Below, in pieces: positions 1-11,807 of a stretch of DNA of 64,000 bases. This DNA comes from Eutreptiella sp. 'Long Island Sound 2002' (lineage: Eukaryota; Protista; Euglenida), in assembly GCA_964036045.1 (NCBI GenBank), contig OZ038378.1, positions 7,874,001 to 7,938,000 of the forward strand, in the 5' to 3' direction. The translations under genes and the position numbers were made by a program. Within the stretch, counting starts at the first letter, position 1. Each line of letters begins with the position of its first letter. Under the pieces are notes generated by a model. The model saw only the letters and a list, made by a program, of their open reading frames with translations, was not told where the DNA came from and searched no databases.

Positions 1-190
1 GGCCAAACGAGGTCTCCCAGTTTGACGGCGTGCGGCGGCTCGGGGTCGCAAAGCCTGCGCACCGCCCACGACCACCTTAGCGCGACGCGGCCCTGTGTGT
101 GAGCGGTGGACACGGCCCACCATTCCAGCTTCCGAGCCCGCTCCGGCCCCTCCTCTGAGAGGACAAGCGGCTGCCCTGGAGGACCACGGT

Positions 191-1543
191 TTACGCTCGC
201 GTCCAACGAACTTGGCCATTCCGGTCTGTCGACGCCCGTGGGAACCCCTGGCGATGCCGACTGCGAAGGCGCCATCGGGTTCGCTTCCGGAACCCTCGCT
301 GTCGTCGTCGGTGTCCACGTCGGAATCGACATTGACGGGCCCGGCTGCCGTCCCCGGCCCGCATCCCCCTCCCCCCCCCCACAGCAACGAGAGGACCCGC
401 CAACGTGCACAGCTGACCCGCATCTTCCCGAGACACGGCGCCGCGATCAGAGGCAGGGGCCAAAGATTGAAGTGGAGGGGGGTTAGGAGCCGCGTCAGGC
501 CCCGGGCCCATCTCAGCAGGGCCATCCTCGGCGAACTCCTCCAGCTCGGTCGCGGCCTGGTCTCCCTCGTCTCCGCTCCCTGTGCCGCCCTTGGTGGTCC
601 CGGGCCCTTCACCCTGCGGGCGCCTGGGCTTGCGCTTGGTCGGGGTGCTGAGTGCGCCCGCGATGTTGGGGAACATAGGGGAACCCCACAGCGTCAGGAC
701 TCCCACACGCTCCGGAGTCGGCAAAGGCCCTCGGTCACGGGACCACGCAGGCAGGACCGTAGGGGCGACCACCCCCGGGTCGGACCACTTGGTGCCGTAT
801 TGCATCGCCACTACCGTGCTCTGCCACCTGCCCCACCACTTGTAGTATGTGAGGTCTGGTTTGCAGGCCCAAGTCGCTGCGGCGCCCCCCCGGCGTAGCG
901 CATGCCACCTGGCGCGGGCGTACGCTGTGCCCGCCAGGGCCTCGGCCATGCCTGCCTCCAATCCCGCCTCACCCGACTGCCAGACCAGCATGTCTGACGA
1001 CCGGCCCAATGAGACCATGTGGCGATGAAGCCATGCACGAACCCCGTCCGCATACCTGTGGAGGGGCCGGGTGGTGTACCCCTCCTCCCCTGTCTTGGAG
1101 TTCCAAAACTGGACAAAACCCGGCATAGCCAGGTCAGAAACCCTGATGCCAGCTACTTCGCCCACCCGTAGGTAGCATACCCAGCTGATGACCGCCAACG
1201 CGCTGAGCACCGTCCCGTGTCTGGAGTCTCTGTCCCCCTCGACCAGCTGGACCATGCCTGCTGGGGACAGATAGGGCTGAGAGCCAGATGAGGCGGCTCC
1301 CGCCGCGATCCTCTTGTGTAGGGTCGTGACTGTTGGTGGCAGCCACTGGAGGTCCTCCACGGCCCGGATCGCGGAAATACTACCCCGCAGGGCTGACGCT
1401 GTAGCTCCGGCCTGTGCCCGCTCTGCCAGGGGACCTGCCAGTGTCGCGGCTTGATCAGGTGGGCCCGTGCGCTCCGCGTAAGCTGCCAAGGCCCGGAGCC
1501 GGGACGCATATTGCGACCTGGTCCTCGGCCTCCACAATTGCAT
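191..1543 (-). CDS. Tyrosine recombinase (phage-integrase family) of a YR retroelement
   Basis: Catalytic set is visible: R in CYLRVGEV, K in NSKTG, H-x-x-R in WHALRRGGAA, W in WGRWQS and Y in AMQY. The N-terminus has the TRSQYASRL helix typical of DIRS-type YR. The low-complexity tail after the C-run at 366-380 may be out of its natural frame. Confidence 0.85.
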   Translation of the reverse strand: MQLWRPRTRSQYASRLRALAAYAERTGPPDQAATLAGPLAERAQAGATASALRGSISAIRAVEDLQWLPPTVTTLHKRIAAGAASSGSQPYLSPAGMVQLVEGDRDSRHGTVLSALAVISWVCYLRVGEVAGIRVSDLAMPGFVQFWNSKTGEEGYTTRPLHRYADGVRAWLHRHMVSLGRSSDMLVWQSGEAGLEAGMAEALAGTAYARARWHALRRGGAAATWACKPDLTYYKWWGRWQSTVVAMQYGTKWSDPGVVAPTVLPAWSRDRGPLPTPERVGVLTLWGSPMFPNIAGALSTPTKRKPRRPQGEGPGTTKGGTGSGDEGDQAATELEEFAEDGPAEMGPGPDAAPNPPPLQSLAPASDRGAVSREDAGQLCTLAGPLVAVGGGRGMRAGDGSRARQCRFRRGHRRRQRGFRKRTRWRLRSRHRQGFPRASTDRNGQVRWTRA

Positions 1544-1678
1544 GGCGCTTTCCTCTGGTGAGGAGGGGTCGTCTGCCCTGGCTGCTGTCTCCCACCTGCG
1601 GGCGAGTGCCCGCAGCTCCGCCGCCGCGCCTGCGCCGCCAGAGCCCGGCGCGGCCGGTCCGGGCTCGAGCTGATCCTG

Positions 1679-2311
1679 TCAGGACCAGTGTGGGCACCTA
1701 AAGTGCCAGTGGCGCTCGTCGGGGGAGCCCCGCTGCGCGCACCTCTGGCACCCTCCGCTCGGCGGTGATTCCACAGGGATCCACTCGCCTTGCCGTGACT
1801 ACCACTGCAGCACTCCGCCCACGTCCCTGAATTTTACACTTCGCCAGGTGAACGCCGACCCCTGCTCCTTCCACGCCTCTTCCAGCGTGGCGTACTGGCT
1901 GGATTCGGAGCTGGACTTCCCTTGGGAGCCTGCATACCTGCGGGCATAGGCCGCCTGGGACTGGGACACGCAGTCCCAGACCCTCCACGCCAGCTGCTCT
2001 CCTGGGTCGACGGCGGCCTCCGTTGTCTGGCCGCCGAACTCGCTCGGGCAGGGGATATCCCCCACCTCACCGGCCCTAAGCCGTGCGTATGCCTTGACGT
2101 TGGACAGCATCAGTCTCATCCGCTGCGCCAACTGGGGCTTCTCGAGGGCTCGGTTGATCTCCGGCACGCTTAACGGGGGCAAGCGCGGCCCCTCCTTCAC
2201 CGCCACTCGGGCGAGTTGCTCTCTGAGTTCTTGAATCTCTTTGGCCTGGGCTGCCAGTCCCTCCTCTGCTGACACCTGCTGGGCCTGATTGGGCTGCTCA
2301 ACCCCGTCCAT
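1679..2311 (-). pseudogene. gag-like ORF (coiled-coil N-terminus, C-terminal C-x2-C-x9-H-x4-C finger) with an internal in-frame TAG at 1799-1801
   Basis: Track ORF 1799..2311 has a QAKEIQELREQLARV coiled coil. Reading through the TAG gives SRQGEWIPVESPPSGGCQRCAQRGSPDERHWHFRCPHWS and ends at TGA 1679-1681. Confidence 0.6.
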
Positions 2312-2419
2312 GGGTTAACAAAAACAAACTGCTAATGCGTAATTATGTATGATGTATGTGTTCTATGTAATTAGCCAAAACATTGGAGACGCAAACAAAA
2401 GTTGAGACGAGGCACAACT

Positions 2420-5400
2420 AGTGTTTCAAGTGTTGTGTTTTCCTACTTCTGAGTCTGCCTCTACAGACATTCTACACGTTCTGCAACAACTTTTCGATGC
2501 AAACATCGGGCCTCTTTGTTTTTACGGTGCGGGAGCCATGCCTGCGCCCTTGTACCCCAACACACACTTGCAATGGTTGCAGAAAGCTGGGAAATCACGC
2601 TATTCCGATGACAGAGCTGTGTCCCGGTTAATATCTGGAGGTAGGCGATGGTTGACAGCTCTTGCAGTAATCATTGTTCGGCTGCATCCTGCTTTCCTGC
2701 TTCGCAGTTTGCCTCTAGAGACGTTTTACACGTTCTGCAGGAAGTTTTTGTTTTTACGATGAAAGAGCCACGTTTGCGTCCTTGTACCCAAGCACCCCCC
2801 CTCCCCAATGGTTGTAGAAGGGTGGGAAATCACGCTATTCCAACGTCAGAAGCAGAATTCCCTCCAGGCTGTGCTTTTGCCTTGGTGCTACGCTACCCAC
2901 GTGTGTTGGGTGTTTCGAGTGTTGTGTTTTCGTGCGTCTTAGTCTGCCTCTAGAGACATTCTACGCGTTCTACGCGTCCGGCAGCAATTTTCCGCACGCA
3001 AATGGCACACTTCTTTGTGTTTATGGTGCAGGAGCCATGCCTGCGCCCTTGTACCCCATCACACACTTGCAATGGTTGCAGAAAGCTGGGAAATCACGCT
3101 ATTCCGATGACAGAGCTGTGTCCCGGTTAATATCTGGAGGTAGGCGATGGTTGACAGCTCTTGCAGTAATCATTGTTCGGCTGCATCCTGCTTTCCTGCT
3201 TCGCAGTTTGCCTCTAGAGACGTTTTACGCGTTCTGCAGGAAGTTTTTGTTTTTACGGTGAAAAAGCCACGTTTGCGTCCTTGTACCCAAGCACCCCCCC
3301 CCCCTGGTTGTAGAAGGGTGGGAAATCACGCTATTCCAACGTCGGAAGCAGACTTCCCTCCAGGCTGTGCTTTTGCCTTGGTGCTACGCTACCCACGTGT
3401 GTTGGGTGTTTCGAGTGTTGTGTTTTCGTGCGTCTTAGTCTGCCTCTGAAGACATTCTACGCGTTCTACGCGTCCGGCAGCAATTTTCCGCACGCAAATG
3501 GCACACTTCTTTGTGTTTACGGTGCAGGAGCCATGCTTGCGACCTTGTACGCAATCACACACCCGCAATGGTTGCAGAAGGGTGCGAAATCACGTTATTC
3601 CGATGTCAGAAGCTAAATCTAGGCTACGCTACCCACATGGGTTGGGTGTTTGAGGGTTGTGTTTTCCTGCTTCTCAGTCTGCCTCTGAAGACATTCTACG
3701 AGTTCTACAGCAATTTTCACACGCAAATGCCAAGCCTCTTTGTTTTTACGGTGCAGGAGCCATGCCTGCGCCCTTGTACCCCATCACACAATCGCAATCG
3801 CTGCAGAAGGGTGGAAAATCACGCTATTCCAATGAAAGGAGGAGAGTTGCCCGGAGGCTGTGCCTTTGCCTTAGTGCTACGCTACCCACAATTGTTGGGT
3901 CTTTGAGTGTTGTGTTTTCCTGCTTCTCAGTTTGCCTCTAGAGACATTCTCCGCGCTCTACGCGTCCTGCAGCAACTTTTTCCACGCAATTGTCAAGCCA
4001 CTTTGTGTTTACCATACAGGAGCCATGCTTGCGTCCTTGTACCCCAACACACACTTGCAATGGTTGCAAAAGGGTGGGAAATCACGCTATTCCAATGACA
4101 GAAGCACAATTCCCTTCCAGGCTGTGCTTTTGCCTTGGTGCTACGCTACCCACGTGTCTCGGGTGTTTGAGGGTTGTGTCTTCCTGCTTCTCAGTCTGCC
4201 TCTAGAGACATTCTACGACTTCTGTAGCAATTTTTCGCAGGCAAATGTGAGGATTCTTTGTTTTTACGGTGCAGGAGCCATGCCTGCCCCCTTGTACCCC
4301 ATCACACACTCGCAATCACTGCAGAAGGGTGGGCAATCACGCCATTCCAATGAAAGGAGCAGAGTTGCATGGAGGCTGTGCCTTTGCCTTGGTGCTACGC
4401 TACCCACAATTGTTGGGTCTTTGAGTGTTGTGTTTTCCTGCTTCTCAGTCTGCCTCTAGAGACATTCTCCGCGCTCTACGAGTTTTGCAGCAATTTTTTC
4501 CACGCAATTGTCAAGCTTCTTTGTGTTTACCATGCAGGAGCCACGCTTGCCGCCTTGTACCCCAACAGACACTTCCAATGGTTGCAGAAGGGTGGCAAAT
4601 CACGCGATTCCAATGAGAGAAGCAGAATTCCTTTGCAGGCTGTGCTTTTGCCTAGGTGCTATGCTACCCACGTGTGTCGGCTGTTTGAGGGTTGTGTCTT
4701 CCTGCTTCTTAGTCTGGCTCTAGAGACATTCTACGAGTTCTGTAGCAATTTTTCGCACGCAAATGTGAGGCCTCTTTGTTTTTACAGTTGCCCCCTTGTA
4801 CTCCTACACACACTTGCAATGTTTGCAGAAGGGTGGCAAATCACGCTATTCCAATGACAGAAGCAGAATTGCCTGGAGGTTGTGCCTTTGACTTGGTACT
4901 ACGCTACCCACATGTGTTGGGTGTTGCAGGTGTTGTGTTTACCTGCTTCTCAGTCTGCCTCTAGAGACATTCTACGAGTTGTGCAGCAATTTTTCGCATG
5001 CAAATGACAGGCCTTTTTGTTTGTACGCCGCAGGAGCCATGCCTGCACTCGCAATCGATGTAGAAGGGTGGGAAATCACGCTATCCCAATGAAAGAAGCA
5101 GAATTCTCTCCAGGCTATCCCTTTGCCTTGGTGCTACGCTACCCACGTGTGTTGTGTGTTTCAAGTGTTGTGTTTTCCTGCTTCTCAGTCTGCCTCTAGA
5201 GACATTCTACGTGTTCTGCACCAACTTTTCGCACGCAACTATCAAATCTGTTTCGTTTTGCGGTGCAGTCGCCATGCTTGTGCCCTTGTACCCCATCACA
5301 CACTTGCAATCGTTGCAGAAGGGCGGAGGTCCACACCATTCCAATGACAGAACCTGAATTGCCTCGAGGCTGTGCCTTTGCCTTGGTGCTACCCTACCCA

Positions 5401-8400
5401 CGTGTGTTGGGTGTTTGAGGGTTGTGTTTTCCTCCTTCTCAGTCTGCGTCTAGAGAGTTTTTACGGTGCAGGAGCCATCCCTGTGCGCTTGTACCCCATC
5501 ACACACTCGCAATCGCTGCAGAAGGGTGGGAAATCACGCCATTCCAATGAAAGAAGCAGAATTGCCTGGAGGCTATGCCTTTGCCTTGGTGCTACCCTAT
5601 CCACAATTGTTGGGTGTTTGAGGGTTGTGTTTTCCTGCTTCTCAGTCTGCCTCTAGAGATATTCTACGAGTTGTGCAGCAATGTTTCGTATGCAAACGTC
5701 AGGCCTCTTAGTTTTTACGGTGTAGGAGCCATGCTTGCGCTCTTGTCCCCCATCACACACTTGCAATCGCTGACGAAGGGCAGAGAGTCACTCCAATGAA
5801 AGAAGCATAATTCCCTTCAAGACTGTGCCTTTGCCTTGGTGCTACGCCACCCACATGGGTTGGGTGTTTGAGTGTTGTGTTTTCCTGCTTCTCATTCTGC
5901 CTCTAGAGACATTCTACGAATTGTGCAGCAATTTTTCGCATGCAAATGACAGGCCTCTTTGTTTGTACGCTGCAGGAGCCATGCCTGCGACCTTGTACCC
6001 CATCACACACTCGCAATCGCTGCAAAAGGGTGGGAAATCAAGCCATTGCAATGTCAGACTGCAGAATTGTCTGGGCGCTCTGCTTTTGCCTTGGTGCTTC
6101 GCTACCCACAATTGTTGGGTGTTTGAGTGTTGTGTTTTATTGCGTCTAAGTCTGCCTCTAGAGACATTCTCCGCGCTCTACGAGTTTAGCAGCAATTTTT
6201 CGCATGCAATTGTCAAGCCTCTTTGTGTTTACGGTGCAGCAGCCATGCTTGCGCCCCCGTACCCCAACACACACTTGCATTGGCTGCAAAAGGGTGGGAA
6301 ATCACGCTATTCCAATGACACAAGCATAATTCCCTTCAAGGCTGTGCTTTTGCCTTGGTGCTACGCCACCCACGTGTGTTGGGTGTATCGAGTGTTGTGT
6401 TTTCCTGCTTCTCGGTCCACCTCTAGAGATATTCTACGTGATCTGCAGCAATTTTTCGCACGGAATTGCGAAGCCTCTTTGTCTTTACGGTACAGGAGCC
6501 ATGCCTGCGACCTTGTACCCCATCACACACTCGCAGTGGTTGCAGAAGGGTGGAAAATCACGCTATTCCAATGACAGAAGTAGACTTCCCTCTAGGCTAT
6601 GCTTTTGCCTTGTTGCTATGCTACCCACGTGTGTTGGGTGTTTCCAGTGTTGTGTTTTCTTGCTTCTCAGTCGGCCTCTAGAGACATTCTACGCGTGCAG
6701 CAGCAATTTTTCGCACGCAACTGTCAGTTCTCTTTCTTTTTACGGTGCAAGAGCCATGCATGCGCCCTTGTACCCCATGACACACTCGCCATGGTTGCGG
6801 AGAGTTGAGAAATCATGCTATTCCGATGACTCAAGTAGAATTGCCTCCACACCGTGCTTTTGCTTTGGTGCTACGCTACCCACATGTGTTGAATGTTTCG
6901 AGTGTTGTGTTTTCCTGCTTCTCAGTGTGCCTCTAGACACATTCTACGCATTCTAGGCGGTCTGCAACAATTGGCCGCACACAAATGTCACACATATTTG
7001 TGTTTACGGTGCAAGAGCCATGCTTGCGCCCTTGTACCTCATCACACACCCGCAATGGTTGTAGAAGGTTGAGAAATAAGGCTATTCCAATGACAGAGGC
7101 AGAATTGCCGTCGGGCTGTGCGTTTGCCATGGTGCTATGCCACCCACGTGTGTTTGGTGTTTCCAGTGTTGTGTTTTCCTGCTTCTGAGTCTACCTGTAG
7201 AGACATTCTACGCGTTTTGCAGCAAGCTTTCGTACGCAGCTGTCCGTCCTCTTTCTTCTTACGGTGCACGAGCCATGCCTGCCTCTTGTACCCTATCACA
7301 CACTCGCAATCTGCCTCCAGAGACAATCTACGCGTTCTACGTGTTTCGCAGCAGCTTTTCGCAAGCAAATGTGAGGCCTCTTTGTGTTTACGGTGCAGGA
7401 GCCTTGCTGGCGCCCTTTGTACCCCATCACAAACTTGCAATGGTTGAAGAAGGGTAAGAAATCATGCTATTCCAATGATAGAAGCAGAGTTGCCTCCACG
7501 GTAGGCCTTTGCCTTGGTGCTATGCCACCCACGTGTGTTGGGTGTTTTGAGCGTTGCGTTTTCCTACTTCTCGGTCCGCCTCTAGAGACATTCTACGCGT
7601 TCTACGCGTTCTGCAGCAATTTTTCGCACGCAAATGTCAAGCCTCTTTGCGTTCACGGTGCAAGAGCCATGCCTGCGCCCTTGTACCCAATCACATGCTC
7701 GCGATGATGGCAGAGAGTTGGGAAATCACGCCATTCCAATGACACAACCTTGCTTGCCTCCACGATGTGCTTTTGCCTTGGTGCTACGCCCCCCACAGTT
7801 TTTGGGTGTTGCGAGTGTTGTGTCTTCCTGCTTCCCAGTCTGCCTCTAGAGACATTCTACGCATTCTACGCGTGCTGCAGCAATTTTTTGCAGGCAAATG
7901 TCAGTCCTCTTTGTGTTTACGGTGTAGCAGCGATGCTTGCGCCTTTGTACCCCAGCACACACTCGCAACTCTTTCTGAAGGGCGGGGAATCACGCCAGTC
8001 CAATGACAGAAGCTGAATTGCCTCCACGCTGTGCTTTTGCCTTGGTGCTACGCGCCCACGTGTGTTGGGTGCTTCAGGTGTTGTATTTTCCTGCTTCTCA
8101 CTCTACCTCTAGACACATTCTACGTGTTCTACGCATTCTGTAGCAATTATTCGCAAGCAAATGTCAACCCTCTTCGTTTTTACGGTGCAGGAGCCATGCT
8201 TGCGTCCTTGTACCCGATCACACACTCGCAATCGTTGCAGAAGGGTGCGAAATCACGCTATTCCAATGACGGAAGCAGAATTGCCTCCAGGTTGTGCCTT
8301 TGCCTTGGTGCTACGCTACGCACAGTTGTTGCGTGTTTTAGTCTTGTATTTTCCTTCTTCTCGATCTACCTCTAGAGACATTCTACGTGTTCTACATGTT

Positions 8401-9125
8401 CCGCACGAATTTTTCGCACGCAATCGTGAGACCTCTGTGTGTTTACGGTGCAAGAGCCATGCTTGCGCTCTTGTCCCCCATCACACACCCGCAATGGTTG
8501 CACAAGGGTGAGAAACCATGCTATTCCAATGAAAAAAGTAGATTTGCCTCTAGGCTATGCCTTTGCCTTGGTGCTATGCCACCCACGTGTGTTGGGTGTT
8601 TGGAGTGTTGTGTTTTCCTGCTTCTCAGTCTGCCTCTAGAGACATTCTACGTGTTCTACGCGTCCTGCAGCAATTTTTCGCACGCAAATGGCAAGCCTCT
8701 TCGTTTTTACGGTGCAAGAGCCATGTTTGCGCCCTTGTATCCCATCGCACACCCGCAATGGTTGCGGAAGGGCGAGAAATAATGCTATTCCACGGCTGTG
8801 CCTTTGCCTTGGTGCTATGCTACCCACGTGTGTTGGGTGTTTCGAGTGTTGTGTTTTCCTCCTTCTCAGTCTGCCTCTAGAGACATTCTACGCGTTCTAC
8901 GTGTTCTGCGGCAATTTTTCGCACGCAAATGTCAGGTCTCTTTGTGTTTACGGTGTAGGAGCCATGCTTGCGCCCTTTGTACCCCATCAGACACTCGCAA
9001 TGGTTGCAGAATGGTTGGAAATCACGCCATTATGATGAAAGAAGCATAATTGCCTCCAGGCTCTGCCTTTGCCTTGGTGCTATGCTACCCACGTGTGTTG
9101 GGTGTTTGGAGTGTTGTATTTTCCC
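2420..9125. repeat. Tandem array of about 26 diverged ~230-265 bp units (satellite-like)
   Basis: Recurring core gtgttgtgttttcctgcttctcagtctgcctctagagacattctacg...gcagcaatttttcgcacgcaaatg...ggtgcaggagccatg...gaaatcacgctattccaatgac. About 27 ctctagag-type markers were counted. ORF frames shift between copies. Confidence 0.95.
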
Positions 9126-10080
9126 GACCCCCACCCCATACACATCCCAAATATCGGTGTCGCGAGTTGCCTTTTTCGGGACAACGCACAAACTTTCAGT
9201 CAACTCCTCATCACTACGTTATGGGGTTCGTGACCAGCCGCTGCAAGGGGCGGCTGTTGGACCGACCTCCTCTATCGCATTGTCGGACGCTACAAGCTCC
9301 TTGGCTGTGGGGCAGCGCTTGCCACTGGGGGTTGCCATTTTGATGCCTTTTGATGCCTGCGGGTGACAAAAAGAGCCCATTTCAACCAACCCAATGCCTT
9401 CAGCAAGGCCCCTCGAAGAGAGGCGGACAGCCAACCAATCGGTCAGTCAGTCAGTCAGGGAAGCTGTCCGTTAGGTAGTCCATTGGGCAAGCATGCAGGC
9501 AGACATGCAAGCAAAACACACAGTTTGGCTTTTTGCAGTGGCGGACTGCGGGTACAAACAGTGGGGAGTTTGAAGTCTACAGGAACCTGTAGCGGTAGAG
9601 TGGTAAAACAGTTGGTGAACGGCCAGTTTAGCGTTTGTTTGAATCCCAGCTGGCGGATCGCGGCCGGAGACTCCTGCTGTGGTCTTCAGCCCACAGCACC
9701 AGAAAATAATGGTTTTGCAAGAGCCACACTGCTGCAGCATCAGCTTCCTAATGTACTTCACTTGACCACAGGGTGGTCGGTAGACAGTGTTTGAAAGTAA
9801 ACAAAGGCGCCATTTGAGCAGAGGCTAGTCGTTGGATAGAAGCGCCATGTGACGACGGGGTGGCATTGCGCAAGGCGGTGCGCAACAGGGGGGCGGCAGA
9901 GGGATCTAGTTCGGGTGTGAGTGGTCGACAACGAGGGACCACGGGGTGATGCAATGCAGCTGCAGAAATGACAATAAATTAGTTTCATATAGCGACAAAA
10001 CATTGTTAATTACGAGATGGATCATCCAAACAGCATTTGACGTGTCATGCCATGTCAACAGCCTGTCCGTGGGAGTGACC

Positions 10081-10280
10081 GAAAAAAAAAAAAAACTGCC
10101 GGCCTCAGGTCCACTAGAACCTCCGCAGAGCGCTGGCCGGCAAGTAACTGCGGTTGGTCATAGGTTAAGCGCCAACCACCGTCGGTTGAGTGTCAACCGC
10201 CGTCGGTTAGACGAATCCTGCCACTCCTACCCTCCGGCCATCCTTAGTGAAAAAAAGAAGAAATGTGTCGTTCCTAAAAG
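10081..10280. repeat. Dispersed repeat family rich in aaccgccgtcggtt-like motifs; related copies near 17540-17640, 46190-46330, 46850-46930 and 50380-50480
   Basis: Repeated ccgtcggtt/gcggttgg motifs are shared between these loci in both orientations. Confidence 0.5.
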
Positions 10281-11807
10281 ACAGCCCCGCAAGCCAAGCA
10301 TAGATGGCACGTGGCAGCGAATCACATTCGGATGGATGCAGGGCATCGCACGTCCTTGGACGCCAAAACGGCATTCGGGCCCTGCCCTTTCTTTTCCCAA
10401 CAAACCACGGCAAATTACGGAGTTCCAACAACTACGCAAAAAAGCGTGGTCACCACGGAGCCTGCCCCTCTTGGCGGCAACATGCCCTCAACTGGACGGC
10501 CTTAGCGAGCCCTTCGGGCAGCAGCCCTCGGTAACATGGCCCTCTGCTGGTGGCGCTACACTCGGAGTCAACGTGACCGTGATGCGGAAGAAGCATCCTC
10601 CCCGTGGGACTCTGCCTTGAACGAGGACCAGGGGGGTCCGGAGGTCGGAGGAGACACCCCACCACCGACATCTATGCACACCACCCCCCCTTGAAACTGG
10701 GTATTCCCCAATCATCCGAGGCAGGGCATCCATCGCTCCATCCTTTGCTCCCTCTCTCCCTTCCTCTCTCCGGCCCCCCACTCCCGGCGTCTGACTGGAC
10801 CCGGCAGCCCATCCCATCCCACCTCAACCCGCCAGCGGCAATATCTCTGGAGTCCCCTGCCCAACATGTCTGGACGGTGGCCTGCATGGCCTCCCAAAGA
10901 CGCATTTTGTAGGGGGGGGATGCTCTGGAATGCAAGATGCATCTATGCATTTTATTCATTTTTGCAGATCCATTTATGTGCCATTGCAAAAAAAGTTACT
11001 GCGGTGGCACAAAGTTGGCTGGGGGTCCCCAGGGGTCCCCAGGGTCACAAATGCTCGTAGCACTTGGACCCTTCAATTCTGTGCTCGCTTTGCAGGCGAG
11101 CGATGTGTATCCAAAAATTGCATCCTGAAACAGGACTCCTCAAAATCGTACCTTACAGCTCTCCAGAAATTAGGGAAATCAGCCAATCCAACCACAGAAT
11201 TGTGCTCAAATACGCGCTGCGCAAGCTACGGCAAGCCAAATTACCACAGTGGTGGATCGGGGGGGGTGCGGCAGCTCCACAGAAATCAGAGGCACCACCA
11301 CGCCTTCCCCTCCAACCCCCTCCAGAAGCTCCGAGTCCACCGGGAGGCAGCCTACGACATGGGCGCTGACACTTGAGGTCGGCTGTGCTACGTGCCTGCC
11401 AGGTGCTGGACACACTCCCATCCCATCCCATCCCATCCCCCCTAAAGCGAATGCGCTGGTCCCTCACAAGCCATGTGGCCCCCTCCACGGCCTTCACCAC
11501 CCCGTCCCCCCAGCGACCGGAGGCAAAGGGGCTGTGTTCAAAACATTATTCCGTCGAGACCCCGTCGGTCAACCAGCGAGCGTCCACCTCCCACCCACCG
11601 CCGTGTGGCGTCCACAGCGGCGCCGGTAGAGTGTCATCCCAAGCAGCACCGGCCGGAACGCAGAATGTGACAAGGACGCGGACGTCTGTAAGGCGAGAAA
11701 ATTAAGTGCCCCCCCCCCAACCGCTGGTGGTCACCCTCGAACCGTGGGCAGTTACCCCCGAACAGGGCACCGTCCACCATCCCTGTCCCTGGGAGGGAAA
11801 AAAGTTA

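Larger units (their letters stand above)
1..2400 (-). mobile_element. Tyrosine-recombinase retroelement (DIRS/VIPER/TATE-like), truncated by the left window edge; order gag-like, YR, then an open frame running off-window
   Basis: The gag-like ORF with a CCHC-like finger (2311-1679) is in frame with a YR ORF (1543 downward). A further +1 frame stays open to base 1. No RT is visible inside the window. Confidence 0.7.

Noticed and set aside
95-898. Plus-strand ORFs overlapping the YR gene
   Set aside because: These are antisense shadows of a GC-rich coding sequence with no motifs.
2421-9049. Cys-rich repeat-protein ORFs in the ~250-bp array
   Set aside because: Unit lengths are not constant multiples of 3, frames switch and stop between copies, and all three plus frames give similar short ORFs.
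2420-9125. Integron-like cassette array next to a tyrosine recombinase
   Set aside because: The units are all homologous, with no distinct cargo ORFs or attC-like bounded cassettes. The recombinase is DIRS-type and fused in frame to gag. The adjacency is kept only as a targeting hypothesis.
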